A stretch of 64,000 nt of DNA from Patescibacteria group bacterium (GCA_038064675.1 JBBTSM010000002.1:145852-209851); one strand, 5' to 3'. Shown: positions 9,343 through 19,205, counted from the stretch's first letter. Made by a program: numbers and translations. The notes: generated from the sequence alone by a model not told the origin.

Positions 9343-9780
9343 ATGGAGAATCAAAAGGCGATCAAAGGAATCTCCCAAGAAAATAGGAAACTCATTTCCG
9401 GAACGTTATTCTTGGTTCTTTTTCTTTGGGTTTTTAACGGAATCTACGGAACGCTTATCTCCTTTGGATTATCGGCTGTTTTTTATTGGCTGCTCGATAG
9501 GATTGGAAAAGAATATGAATTCGATTCAGCGACAAACGAAAGGCTGAGAAGGGTCGTCTGGGGCATGATCGCGGGTGCACTTATCGTTGGATCGATACTG
9601 GCATTCAACTCCAAAAACCATACAGAGTGCGATCAACAGGTGCGAACAAGGGACGGTTACGAATGTGTTGGAGATTATGTTGCCGTTAAAGGGGGAGATG
9701 TTGTTGCGGGGGTATTATTAGCTATATTCGGTATTGCAGCCGCAAAAGTCTCGATAACGAAGGCTGACAGCGAGGCGTAA
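9343..9780 (+). CDS. Hypothetical membrane protein
   Basis: Multiple TM segments, Cys pair in loop; operon-like spacing. Confidence 0.65.
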   Translation: MENQKAIKGISQENRKLISGTLFLVLFLWVFNGIYGTLISFGLSAVFYWLLDRIGKEYEFDSATNERLRRVVWGMIAGALIVGSILAFNSKNHTECDQQVRTRDGYECVGDYVAVKGGDVVAGVLLAIFGIAAAKVSITKADSEA

Positions 9781-9795
9781 CCCAATCTTCGGCCT

Positions 9796-10575
9796 ATGCT
9801 CAGATTTCTTGTTCCTGAACGATTTGAAGGCTTGAACGAGCAGGGTCTGACGAATGACCAAGCTATAGAGGCGCTCGTGCGAAAATATATTCAAGGCTAT
9901 AAACACGAATGTCCCAATACATCCTCGATTGCGGACGAAGATGATCGAAGTGCTACCGAAACTCTTCAAATCGGCGGGAAAATGGACACCCTATACGCAC
10001 TTAGTCGTTTGTATTTTAAACATTTAGATGAATTGGTGGATTCAGAAGCTGCCAGTCGATTAAAATCAGAAATCGCACAAGGCATCGGGGAAGAAAACCT
10101 ATTCCGAGATAAAGAGAGCTCCCCCGAAGAAGACCAGCAGAAAATGATCCGTAATTTACTAGATTACGTAGAATATACGGGGGAGGATGACCGAGTGATA
10201 AGCGTCTTAGCTACTCTAAAAAGAGACGTTTATAGAAAATCTACCAAATACGTCTTGGGCGATTTTGGTGTGCCGAACCCACTCTTGACCGAGGAGGCGG
10301 AGAAAACCGTGTCTGAAGGCTCTACGCGCTTCCTGAACGCGTTTAGAAGTCTGTATCCCGACCAATTTACCGGTAATCTCGAATTAGAAAACGACGGGTT
10401 GTTTTTCGTTGGCGAAATAGTCTCTCGCACACGGGTAATCTCCCAAGGAATGTACCCAGAATATGCTGACAACATTAGTCAAAGTGTTATTTTTGAAATC
10501 CTTCTTTCCCTCGATTCGATTCTTGGATCAAGAACCGCTTGGGATCAGGAATTCTGCGCTTGGATTTGTCATTAA
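9796..10575 (+). CDS. Hypothetical protein
   Basis: 259-aa ORF in operon-like arrangement; no recognisable motif. Confidence 0.6.
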   Translation: MLRFLVPERFEGLNEQGLTNDQAIEALVRKYIQGYKHECPNTSSIADEDDRSATETLQIGGKMDTLYALSRLYFKHLDELVDSEAASRLKSEIAQGIGEENLFRDKESSPEEDQQKMIRNLLDYVEYTGEDDRVISVLATLKRDVYRKSTKYVLGDFGVPNPLLTEEAEKTVSEGSTRFLNAFRSLYPDQFTGNLELENDGLFFVGEIVSRTRVISQGMYPEYADNISQSVIFEILLSLDSILGSRTAWDQEFCAWICH

Positions 10576-10622
10576 CTAAGGAGTAATATCAAGTTAACAC
10601 TTTAATAGCTACAATTAACGCT

Positions 10623-12620
10623 ATGGAATCAATTCAGATTAAAGGTAATGGCGTTAAATCGGTGCTTCGCAAGTTCAATAGAGCCCAATCCTTCGCTGAA
10701 TATGTCTGGAACGGTTTTGATGCTGGAGCAAAGAGCGTTAACATCAACTTTAAGACTGACAACATTTTTGATTCAGTTAACGAGATCAGCATATCTGATG
10801 ATGGAAGCGGCATCCCGTACCAGTTGCTAGAGGGCAAATTCAAGCCATTCTTTGAATCTGAAAAGGCGAGATTGAATGATCCGCAACATCGATCGCTGCC
10901 ACACGGAAAGAACGGCATTGGTCGCCTAACCTTCTACACTTTTGCACGCGAAGCTACATGGGAAACGATTTACTCTAAAAACGATAAGAAATTTTCTTAC
11001 ACAATTAAAATCACACAAAAAAGCCTAGAGAATTACGAAGGTAGTCACGACGAACAGAAGGAGGTCGCCACAGAAAAAACAGGAACAACGGTGGTATTTC
11101 GTTCGATTGAAGGGCTTACTCCTAGCATCATTAGAGATGAGATTGTAGATTTTTTAAAAACTGAATTCTGTTGGTTTTTAGAGTCGAAAAAGACCGCTGG
11201 CTTTTCCTTAAAAATTAACGGAGTTGATTTGGATTATGACGATATCGTCAATAACAAGGAGCGCATAGATTTGGTGCATCCTGATTCGGGAACAAAATTC
11301 TCACTAAACTTTATTCAATGGACTCGACATTTATCGAAAGAGTATTCCCGATGGTATCTGATTGATTCAAATGGAATGGAAAAATGGAAAAACGCGACTA
11401 GATTGAATAACAAAGGTGATAACTTTTTTCATAGCGTTTTTGTTTCGAGTAGCTATTTTGATGACTTTATATACGATCCGGATAAGACAGAAGAAGATAA
11501 GACGCTTTTCGGGCATTCAAAGGGTGATCCGGAGTTTAAATACTTGTTGGAGGAATTGAACAGATTCTTGTACAAAAAACGAAAACCGTTTTTAAAAAAT
11601 TCAGCAATCAAACTTATAAAGAATTATGAAACCGAGGGAATTATCCCAAAATTCAAAGAGCCATGGGAATTACCAAGAAAAGATGAGTTAGAGACGCTTA
11701 TCCGTGGACTGTATGAAATACAGCCTCGTCTCTTTTCGAGCTCATCCATAGAGCAAAAGAGGACATTTGTCCTTCTTCTAAATGCACTACTTGACTCAGA
11801 AGATCGAGAGCAGCTTTTAGATATCATTAATAACGTTCTCGAACTGAGTAGAGAAGATAGAACGGAATTAGTTGAGTTATTGAAAGTTACAAAGCTTTCT
11901 GGGATTATTAGCACAATTAAATTAATAAAAGAACGTTATAAAACGATCGATCAAGTTAAGGAGCTAGTCTTTAACCCCACTTTAAAAGCAAATGAAAGAG
12001 ATCATTTGCAGAAAATAATTGATGCACACTATTGGATCTTTGGTGAGAAATACAATCTAGTTTCATCTACAGAAATAAAGTTCCAAAAAGTACTTGAAAG
12101 CTATCTACATTTATTAGGAATCGAAAATAAGGCAGAAGTCATAACACATGTTGATAGGAATAAAGAGATGGATATATTTCTGTGCAGACAAAATATCTCA
12201 GTCGATACAATCGAGAATGTAGTAGTTGAGCTGAAGAGTCCAACCGTACCGCTCGGAGAAAATGAGCTATCACAGGTTAAAAGATACATGAGCGTTATCC
12301 TCAGCGCTGCCCAATTCAACGCAAATAACATGCAGTGGGATTTCATTTTGATTGGAAATAAATTCGATACCAGTGGTTTTATACAAAACGAGATTAAAAA
12401 TGCGGAAAGTCACGGCGAAAAGAGTAAGGGATTAGCATTCAAAACGGATCGTTATCGTATATATGTTCGCACGTGGAGTGAGGTATTAAACGACGTAGGA
12501 ATTCGACACGACTTCTTGCAAAAGAGGCTTGAACTTGATCGAAATAAACTGACTAAAGATTACGTTTCAGCAGATGATGTCGTCATAGACGCCGGAAAGA
12601 ATCTTGAGACGGTTGCGTAA
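10623..12620 (+). CDS. GHKL (HATPase_c) ATPase fused to Shedu-like PD-(D/E)xK nuclease; probable anti-phage defence protein
   Basis: AEYVWNGFDA, DDGSGI, GKNGIGR, TGTTV (GHKL boxes); C-terminal E..LQ..I..HYWIFG..Y, MDIFL, VVVELKSP, QVKRY. Confidence 0.8.
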   Translation: MESIQIKGNGVKSVLRKFNRAQSFAEYVWNGFDAGAKSVNINFKTDNIFDSVNEISISDDGSGIPYQLLEGKFKPFFESEKARLNDPQHRSLPHGKNGIGRLTFYTFAREATWETIYSKNDKKFSYTIKITQKSLENYEGSHDEQKEVATEKTGTTVVFRSIEGLTPSIIRDEIVDFLKTEFCWFLESKKTAGFSLKINGVDLDYDDIVNNKERIDLVHPDSGTKFSLNFIQWTRHLSKEYSRWYLIDSNGMEKWKNATRLNNKGDNFFHSVFVSSSYFDDFIYDPDKTEEDKTLFGHSKGDPEFKYLLEELNRFLYKKRKPFLKNSAIKLIKNYETEGIIPKFKEPWELPRKDELETLIRGLYEIQPRLFSSSSIEQKRTFVLLLNALLDSEDREQLLDIINNVLELSREDRTELVELLKVTKLSGIISTIKLIKERYKTIDQVKELVFNPTLKANERDHLQKIIDAHYWIFGEKYNLVSSTEIKFQKVLESYLHLLGIENKAEVITHVDRNKEMDIFLCRQNISVDTIENVVVELKSPTVPLGENELSQVKRYMSVILSAAQFNANNMQWDFILIGNKFDTSGFIQNEIKNAESHGEKSKGLAFKTDRYRIYVRTWSEVLNDVGIRHDFLQKRLELDRNKLTKDYVSADDVVIDAGKNLETVA

Positions 12621-13421
12621 TCCCTTTTTAGGTTTAAAAAATGTGTCTTTCTTAACAAAACCTACTATTTACTTCTCGATGTCCACAGTTTAAGAGAATG
12701 TCGGTGTATACTATGGGTACCATCAAATGTTGACAAAATGGCTAGATTTGAGACAATATTCCGTTACAAATCGAAAACCCCGATCGACTTGAGAATCAAC
12801 GGGGCTTCGATAATGAGAGTTACGCCTGCAAAATGCCCTCAATCTCACGGTTGATGGGCTTTTTGAATATGTGAAGATAGTAATAGATTTCTCCATCAAC
12901 CATCGTCTTCAACACTTTGCCCGGAGGATAATCCTCAAGCTCGGTGTCCCCCCATATTCGAAGAGGGTTCGGTACAATCATAGTGATTCCCGTTATACCC
13001 TCAGGAGCCTGAGTGCGCGCTGGAGCTTATGCGCCCCCTCTGCCAGAGATGGGGGCAAAAGGGAAGCGTAAACAAAACACACGCTCAGGGCGAAACGAGA
13101 AGCTTTCCCTTTCGGGAAGAAAATCCAGTTCCATCCTAGGCGTGCGTGTTTTGAGTACGTAGTCCATTATGGTTGTGGCCTTTCCACTTCATGTTTCGTT
13201 CATATCGATTGCTCGATACGAAGATAGAGTAGCACATTCGCCCGCCAAAATACAGCGATCACCTCCCGGACGGTGTTGCCCGCCCGTTGCCTATAAGGTG
13301 ATGGGATCTGTATTTTTGTGAGTACTCGTGATGGCTAGTGAGAAACGAGAAATTAGCCTAGCTATCGCCAACTTCGTACCTTTTCGGCCATTTTTTCTTT
13401 TTTCCTAATTTTGCGTCATCA

Positions 13422-13446
13422 GGTTCGAGTCCCGTCCGTCCCGCCA
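13422..13446 (+). repeat. attR: duplicated tRNA-Asp 3' end
   Basis: Identical to 5227-5251; followed by hairpin aaaaaatccttcagc-tttt-gctgagggatttttt. Confidence 0.93.
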
Positions 13447-13605
13447 AAAAATCCTTCAGCTTTTGCTGAGGGATTTTTTATTATCTTGCCAAGAGCCTGA
13501 GATTAAAACTTTTTTGTTTATTTAAAACGAACATATGGCCATAGAACGACTTGCGCAAAGTCTGCCATCGTCGCAGAATGGCCCCATGGTGAGTACTGAG
13601 AATAT

Positions 13606-14616
13606 ATGAAATACATTGATGTTAAGGAGTTGAAAGAGATCGTGCAAAGTGGGCATATGAACCTACTGGTTGGTTCCGGCTGTTCGCGCGACTATCTCTC
13701 GACATTGAGCGACATTGAAGTTCGCATGAATGCCCCGGAAACCGCCGAGCAAGCGCAAAAGGATTACTGTGAGCTAATATTGAAGTCTAAGGCTGTCCTC
13801 AGCCCGAGCCGGGAGCGCAGTGCAACGGAGAATGGCCGCCTAACTAAGACGAGGGAAAATTACAACGCGTTTCTAGGCCTACTCGCCGAAATTATCACGA
13901 AACGGTCGCTGCATATCGTCAACAAGCAGGTAAATATCTTTACAACAAATTTTGACGTGTTCATGGAAGAAACGTGCGAGCGACTCGGTATTCCTTATAA
14001 TGACGGATTTTCTGGTCAGATCCACCGCGTGTTCCGTACCGCAAATTTTAACAGGATTCAGAAATATAAGAGCTTACAGTTTGACAACACTTCGGACGTA
14101 CCAATTTTTAATATCATCAAGCTTCATGGGTCCACTTCTTGGCGAGTAAGGGGAGAGGAGATCGTCTACTCGGACGGCGCACATATCGACGACGATCTTG
14201 CCGAAAAGGACAGAGAGGATTTTTTGGATGGCTACAAAAAGCAGATCGCGGTCATCAACCCCAACGCCGAGAAACATTTTGAGACAGTACTCGACACGAC
14301 GTACGCGTCGTTGCTTCGAAAGTTCACCCTAGAGTTAGAAAAAGAGAACAGCGTACTTATCGTCATCGGTTTCTCGCTTACCGATGCCCATATTAGGCAT
14401 CTTCTCTACGGGGTCATGCAGTCCAATCCCACCCTCGTGGTTATTTACTACTCGCATTCTCCCTACAACGAAATGAGTGACAAGCTCGATGAAAAGAAAC
14501 ACCAGAACCTCTACGTGATTTCGCCTGAGCCGAGCTTCACCCTCGATAAGATCACCGGGCACCTTAGAAAAGCGTGTCTCGGAGACACGGATCCAGCCTA
14601 TGGAATCGAAGAATAA
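13606..14616 (+). CDS. SIR2-like NADase of a Sir2-HerA defence system
   Basis: LLVGSGCS, IFTTNFD, YNDGFSG, IIKLHGS, IVIGFSLTDAHI (SIR2_2 motifs); overlaps the HerA gene. Confidence 0.9.
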   Translation: MKYIDVKELKEIVQSGHMNLLVGSGCSRDYLSTLSDIEVRMNAPETAEQAQKDYCELILKSKAVLSPSRERSATENGRLTKTRENYNAFLGLLAEIITKRSLHIVNKQVNIFTTNFDVFMEETCERLGIPYNDGFSGQIHRVFRTANFNRIQKYKSLQFDNTSDVPIFNIIKLHGSTSWRVRGEEIVYSDGAHIDDDLAEKDREDFLDGYKKQIAVINPNAEKHFETVLDTTYASLLRKFTLELEKENSVLIVIGFSLTDAHIRHLLYGVMQSNPTLVVIYYSHSPYNEMSDKLDEKKHQNLYVISPEPSFTLDKITGHLRKACLGDTDPAYGIEE

Positions 14617-16486
14617 GTATCCGCTTGACGACCAGATCACGTATGATTCGGTGTTCACCATTGGCAACGTCGAAGGCGTAAAAGGAAAGGAGATCGTCGT
14701 GAGGGTGAAGAAGGATAAGAACCTTCCCCATCTCTTTTTTCATGGGAGAACTATCAAGAACGTGTCGGTCGGTCTTTCCAATTACGTAAAGATCATGAAG
14801 GGCTTTACCGAGATTATCTGCAAGGTCGAGGGAGAATATCTCGAAGAAGATCGGTCGAATGCTCGTAAGCCATACACGAACGAAAGGGCGAAGATCAACA
14901 GGTTCCTTAACGTTTCTGTGTTCGGATTTTACGATCACGATCAGAAGTTCCAGCATGGCATAAAGGAGATGCCTCTCGTTGGGAGCGAATGCAGGCTACT
15001 TTCCAGGGAGGAGTTTGAGACGTTACACCGACTTGCAAATGCTAACGAGCTATCTGTGCGACTCGGATCACTCGTCGATGAGGAAGCACAGTCTATCTCC
15101 ATCTCGGTAAAAAATCTGTTCGCTGGTCATATCGGTATCTTTGGGAACACCGGCTCAGGAAAGTCCAACACACTGGCGAAAATGTACTCGGAGCTCTTTC
15201 ATCTCTCAAAACTAAACGGTGCATTTAAGCGAAAGTCCAAGTTTATTTTTATCGACTTCAATGGGGAGTATTCGAGGGACGGCGCGGATCAAATTTTAAC
15301 TGAAGACAAGGCCGTCTTTCGATTACAAACAAGGGGTGCCTCTGGTTCGAAGTACCCAATATCAAAAGACGAGGTAGAAAAGTTGGAACTGCTCTCAATC
15401 CTGCTGGACGCCACGGAAAAGACGCAGCAACCATTCCTTCAGCGTGCCCTTGAACGATTGTGGTTCGACACTGACAATGATTACTTCGTCAAAGAAGTCG
15501 AAAGTATCACTCGGAAAATCCGAGAAATTTTGCTGAACAAGGAATCTCGCTTCGGCGTCTCATTTCTTAACAAGTTCGTCAAGGATTTCTCACAGCTTGG
15601 CTTTACAATCGTCAATACCTCGAAAAATCTGGACGATATAAAATACCATTCAAATAACCATTCGTTTTATTTTGTTGATGGCACTGACACGACATTATAC
15701 TCGGATAGGGATATCGAAAAATTCTTCGGGGAAGAAGGCTACTTTGACATATCCGCCCCAAGCAACATGGCGGTTCTGCGCAGGATTCAGTTTAAAATTT
15801 TCGACAATTATTACTTCGAGCTAATGAACGGGTACGTCAATGAGGAGCACATCGGTCCTTTAATGGGTCGCGTGAAGAAGCGGTTTAACATGCTGGATAA
15901 AGTCTTCGAAATAGACGGGCACACGGCCGATCACGCGAACATTCACGTCGTCGATTTAAAGAACGTAAATCTCGAGATTAAAAAGGTTATTCCGCTCCTC
16001 ATCTGTAAGACGCGTTATGACGAACAGAAGGAGCGGCGCAATGAGGACCAGGAAAACTCGCTCCATATCATTATCGACGAGGCGCATAATATTTTGTCGG
16101 AAAATTCAACTCGCGAAGCAGAGTCCTGGAAGGATTACCGACTGGAGACGTTCGAAGAAATCATCAAGGAGGGTAGAAAGTTTGGTGTGTTTCTCACTAT
16201 CGCGAGTCAGAGGCCGTCTGATATCTCCCCCACGATTATTTCTCAGTTGCACAATTATTTCATTCACAGGCTCATGAATGAGAATGACCTAAAGGCGATC
16301 AACAGGGCCGTCAGTTACCTAGATAAACTTTCGTTTGATTCGATCTCCAACCTTTCGATTGGCTGTTGCTTCATTGCGGGACAGATGACGCAATTTCCTC
16401 TTTCGATAAAAGTGGAACTTCTTGAACGCATTAGGAGGCCACAGAGCGAGACAGTCAACCTAGATACACTATGGCGAATGGAATAG
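14600..16486 (+). CDS. herA: HerA/DUF87 ATPase of a Sir2-HerA defence system
   Basis: HAS-barrel-like N terminus, HIGIFGNTGSGKS, DFNGEY, IIIDEAHN, KEGRKFG, SQRPS. Confidence 0.92.
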   Translation: MESKNKYPLDDQITYDSVFTIGNVEGVKGKEIVVRVKKDKNLPHLFFHGRTIKNVSVGLSNYVKIMKGFTEIICKVEGEYLEEDRSNARKPYTNERAKINRFLNVSVFGFYDHDQKFQHGIKEMPLVGSECRLLSREEFETLHRLANANELSVRLGSLVDEEAQSISISVKNLFAGHIGIFGNTGSGKSNTLAKMYSELFHLSKLNGAFKRKSKFIFIDFNGEYSRDGADQILTEDKAVFRLQTRGASGSKYPISKDEVEKLELLSILLDATEKTQQPFLQRALERLWFDTDNDYFVKEVESITRKIREILLNKESRFGVSFLNKFVKDFSQLGFTIVNTSKNLDDIKYHSNNHSFYFVDGTDTTLYSDRDIEKFFGEEGYFDISAPSNMAVLRRIQFKIFDNYYFELMNGYVNEEHIGPLMGRVKKRFNMLDKVFEIDGHTADHANIHVVDLKNVNLEIKKVIPLLICKTRYDEQKERRNEDQENSLHIIIDEAHNILSENSTREAESWKDYRLETFEEIIKEGRKFGVFLTIASQRPSDISPTIISQLHNYFIHRLMNENDLKAINRAVSYLDKLSFDSISNLSIGCCFIAGQMTQFPLSIKVELLERIRRPQSETVNLDTLWRME

Positions 16487-16587
16487 CCTAAATTGATGCC
16501 GAGTTACAAACTCTGCACCGTGTGACGTACCCGACAAGTCAACACTATAAGACAAAGAATATCCGCGTAAAACTATCCTGATAGAAC

Positions 16588-16626
16588 CATAAAATGCATT
16601 CCTACTCGTTCCATCACGTCCCGCCA
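16588..16626 (+). repeat. Direct repeat ending in a degenerate tRNA-Asp 3' end (copy 1)
   Basis: cataaaatgcattcctactcgttccatcacgtcccgcca; 35/37 identical to 17378-17414; last 10 nt equal the tRNA 3' end; hairpin follows. Confidence 0.8.
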
Positions 16627-16731
16627 AAAATACTCCGCTAATTTTAGCGGAGGATTTTTATATGCGGACGGGATGGTGGGAACATAATGAAAGAGATCAT
16701 TAGTTATAAGGATGGTGGTTTCGTTTGATAC

Positions 16732-17367
16732 ATGAGAAAATATCTTTGTATGCAGACCATCATTTTTGATTTTGACGGCACGATTGCGAATACCTTGGAA
16801 GCAACAGTTGAAGTTTATAATGAACTCGCTCCTCGTTTTCGGTGCAAACCCGTTAGCTCGGATGATCTTGAACATCTTCGAAATGGTCGGCCGAAAGAAT
16901 TGATGGCCGAATTCGGCATTAAAGCATGGAAACTTCCTTTTATTGTTTTCGCTGTCCGTAAAGGACTCGGGGATCGCAAGGTTCTGCCTCAAATTGGAAT
17001 AATTGATACAATTCGGAAACTAAAAAACCAGGGAGCTCTTCTCGGGATTCTTACCTCAAATTCAAAAGAAAATGTCGAGCGTTTCTTAAAGGAACACGAT
17101 CTTCAAAATAGTTTTGCGTTTATCAATTCCTATCGTCGTATTTTCGGTAAACACAAGGCCTTAATAAGCATCATGAAACAACGCGGGTTGAACCAATCTG
17201 AGGTTACTTATGTGGGAGACGAAGTCCGTGATATTGAAGCGGCGGAAAAAGCGGGTGTTAAAAGCGTCGGAGTAGTATGGGGCTTCCAGACACAGGGCGC
17301 CATCAAAGACGCGGATCCGGATGTCGTTGCCATAAAGCCGTTAGATCTTCTTGAACTTACGAAATAG
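16732..17367 (+). CDS. HAD-superfamily hydrolase (phosphoglycolate phosphatase-like)
   Basis: FDFDGTIANT, ILTSN, K, YVGDEVRD motifs. Confidence 0.92.
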   Translation: MRKYLCMQTIIFDFDGTIANTLEATVEVYNELAPRFRCKPVSSDDLEHLRNGRPKELMAEFGIKAWKLPFIVFAVRKGLGDRKVLPQIGIIDTIRKLKNQGALLGILTSNSKENVERFLKEHDLQNSFAFINSYRRIFGKHKALISIMKQRGLNQSEVTYVGDEVRDIEAAEKAGVKSVGVVWGFQTQGAIKDADPDVVAIKPLDLLELTK

Positions 17368-17377
17368 GCGTTGCGTG

Positions 17378-17414
17378 CATAAAATGCATTCCTACCCGTT
17401 CCACCACGTCCCGC
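17378..17414 (+). repeat. Direct repeat ending in a degenerate tRNA-Asp 3' end (copy 2)
   Basis: cataaaatgcattcctacccgttccaccacgtcccgc followed by hairpin aaaaaatctcagc-tcac-gctgaggtttttt. Confidence 0.8.
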
Positions 17415-17503
17415 TATGAAAAAATCTCAGCTCACGCTGAGGTTTTTTCTTTTTATTACACTTGGGCTTTAAGATTTTGTGTAAACTACGAGCGAAGTCG
17501 GAG

Positions 17504-17995
17504 TTACTCCGCTTCCGGAGTTGCAGGAGGAGTACCAAACGAAGATCCTTCTGGAAGAATTTGAATCGTACTTGCAGTAACACTGCCGTTATCGTTGCTC
17601 GTTCCTGTGACGGTGATCGTCGTCCCGGTCGTCAGGTCTGTCGAGGAACCTTCCGTCATTTTGTTGATTGTTGATGCATCTGAGAAGAAGACTAACTTGG
17701 AACCGCCATCGGAAAGCTTAATGGTCATGCTTTCAGCATCCATTGAGAGAATCTCGCCACTTACGAACCCGCCACCGGCTTGGCCTCGTGTGAAGCCGCC
17801 TGGTCCTCCGGACATCCCAGATCGCTGGCTTGGGTCGAAGTTGCCGAAACGTGATGCGAGGGCACTTATATCTGAGGTTTGTGATTTGGCATACTGCATG
17901 CCACCAAAGAACGCACCTCCACCCACGATGACTGCCGTAGCAATGACACTGAGAAGGATCTTTTTCATAGAAAAACTGGGTAAATAATTATTCAT
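17504..17995 (-). CDS. Membrane-anchored accessory protein of the Mac-type exporter (DUF5666-like OB fold)
   Basis: GGGAFFGGMQY TM, Gly-rich linker, GEILS...TITVTG..N.NGSVTA..IQI. Confidence 0.75.
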   Translation of the reverse strand: MNNYLPSFSMKKILLSVIATAVIVGGGAFFGGMQYAKSQTSDISALASRFGNFDPSQRSGMSGGPGGFTRGQAGGGFVSGEILSMDAESMTIKLSDGGSKLVFFSDASTINKMTEGSSTDLTTGTTITVTGTSNDNGSVTASTIQILPEGSSFGTPPATPEAE

Positions 17996-19205
17996 AACGT
18001 AAGGCCACGATCGGGTTCAGCCCTGCGGCACGTCGTGCCGGGTAGTATCCGAAGACAATACCGATAGCGGCCGAGACGCCGAACGCAAGGAGAACCGACG
18101 ACCATGAGACGCTCGTGCTGACAATTCCCAGTGCTGAGACAACGTAGGAAATGCCAAGACCGAGCGCGATACCAATAATTCCGCCCGCCAGCGTTAACAT
18201 GATGGACTCAGCGAGAAATTGCTGTTCAATTTCTTTGCGTTTGGCGCCGATCGCCTTGCGCAAACCGATTTCTTTCGTGCGTTCCGTGACGCTGGTGAGC
18301 ATCATGTTCATGATGCCGATGCCTCCGACGACAAGGGAGATGCCCGCGACGGCGGCAAGAAGCGTGGTAAACGTTTCCGTGACACTTGATGCTGTAGCGA
18401 TAATGTCGGCTTGGTTGAGAATGCTAAAGTCTGCCGACGCCGCATCAAGGTGATGCCGGCTAAGTAAAAGATTCGTAATTTCCGTTTCCAATTCATCCAC
18501 CGTTTTTTCGCTCGTTGCCTGTACCGAGATACTCGTCACGTACTGGTCGCCGGAAAAGTATCGTTGTGCCGTTGAGAGCGGTATGAAGATCATGTCATCT
18601 TGGCTTGAGAACGAGTTGCCACCCTTCGCGACAGTAGTTCCGACGACGGTAAATTGGCTCCCATTGATACGAATTGTTTGACCAACGGGACTAACACCCT
18701 CTCCGAAGAGATCGGTGCTCACCGTTGATCCAAGTACCGCCACTTTGGCAACAGATGTATTTTGCTGATCAGTAACAAAACTCCCTTCGGCCACCTGCAC
18801 GTTTCGTACCTGCGTGTAGCTAGACGTCGTGCCAACGATAGACGTATTCGTGTTCGTTCCTTTGGCCGCTACCTGATACCGGGAGCTGACTTCCGGCGCA
18901 ACGGCTTGAGCTACCGAAATATCGTTTGCGATCGCTTGAGCATCTTCCGTGGTCAACGACTTCGCCGAACCGCGCTGGGTAGCAACGCCTCCGAATGAAC
19001 GTTGCGATCCCGGCTGGACTTGGATAAGGTTTGCGCCGATGGATTGAATGCTCGACTGAATGGACGCCTGCGATCCTTGTCCGATGGACACCATGGCGAT
19101 CACTGAGCTAATGCCAATAATGATGCCGAGGGTCGTTAAACCCGAGCGCACCTTATTACTGGAAAGCGCAAGAAATGTTTCTTCGAGCAAGTCAGAGATA
19201 ACCAT
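17988..19205 (-). CDS. MacB/FtsX-family ABC transporter permease
   Basis: RSGLTTLGIIIGISSVI, ISLVVGGIGIMNMMLTSVTERTKEIGLRKAIGA, LNPIVALRYE. Confidence 0.95.
   Translation of the reverse strand: MVISDLLEETFLALSSNKVRSGLTTLGIIIGISSVIAMVSIGQGSQASIQSSIQSIGANLIQVQPGSQRSFGGVATQRGSAKSLTTEDAQAIANDISVAQAVAPEVSSRYQVAAKGTNTNTSIVGTTSSYTQVRNVQVAEGSFVTDQQNTSVAKVAVLGSTVSTDLFGEGVSPVGQTIRINGSQFTVVGTTVAKGGNSFSSQDDMIFIPLSTAQRYFSGDQYVTSISVQATSEKTVDELETEITNLLLSRHHLDAASADFSILNQADIIATASSVTETFTTLLAAVAGISLVVGGIGIMNMMLTSVTERTKEIGLRKAIGAKRKEIEQQFLAESIMLTLAGGIIGIALGLGISYVVSALGIVSTSVSWSSVLLAFGVSAAIGIVFGYYPARRAAGLNPIVALRYE

Larger units (their letters stand above)
5227..13446. mobile_element. Integrative island at tRNA-Asp (attL 5227-5251, attR 13422-13446)
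   Basis: Perfect 25-bp direct repeat ggttcgagtcccgtccgtcccgcca; adjacent tyrosine integrase and excisionase-like gene; AT-rich cargo. Confidence 0.93.

Noticed and set aside
5303-13446. Prophage
   Set aside because: No structural, terminase, lysis or replication genes; only integrase/excisionase and cargo
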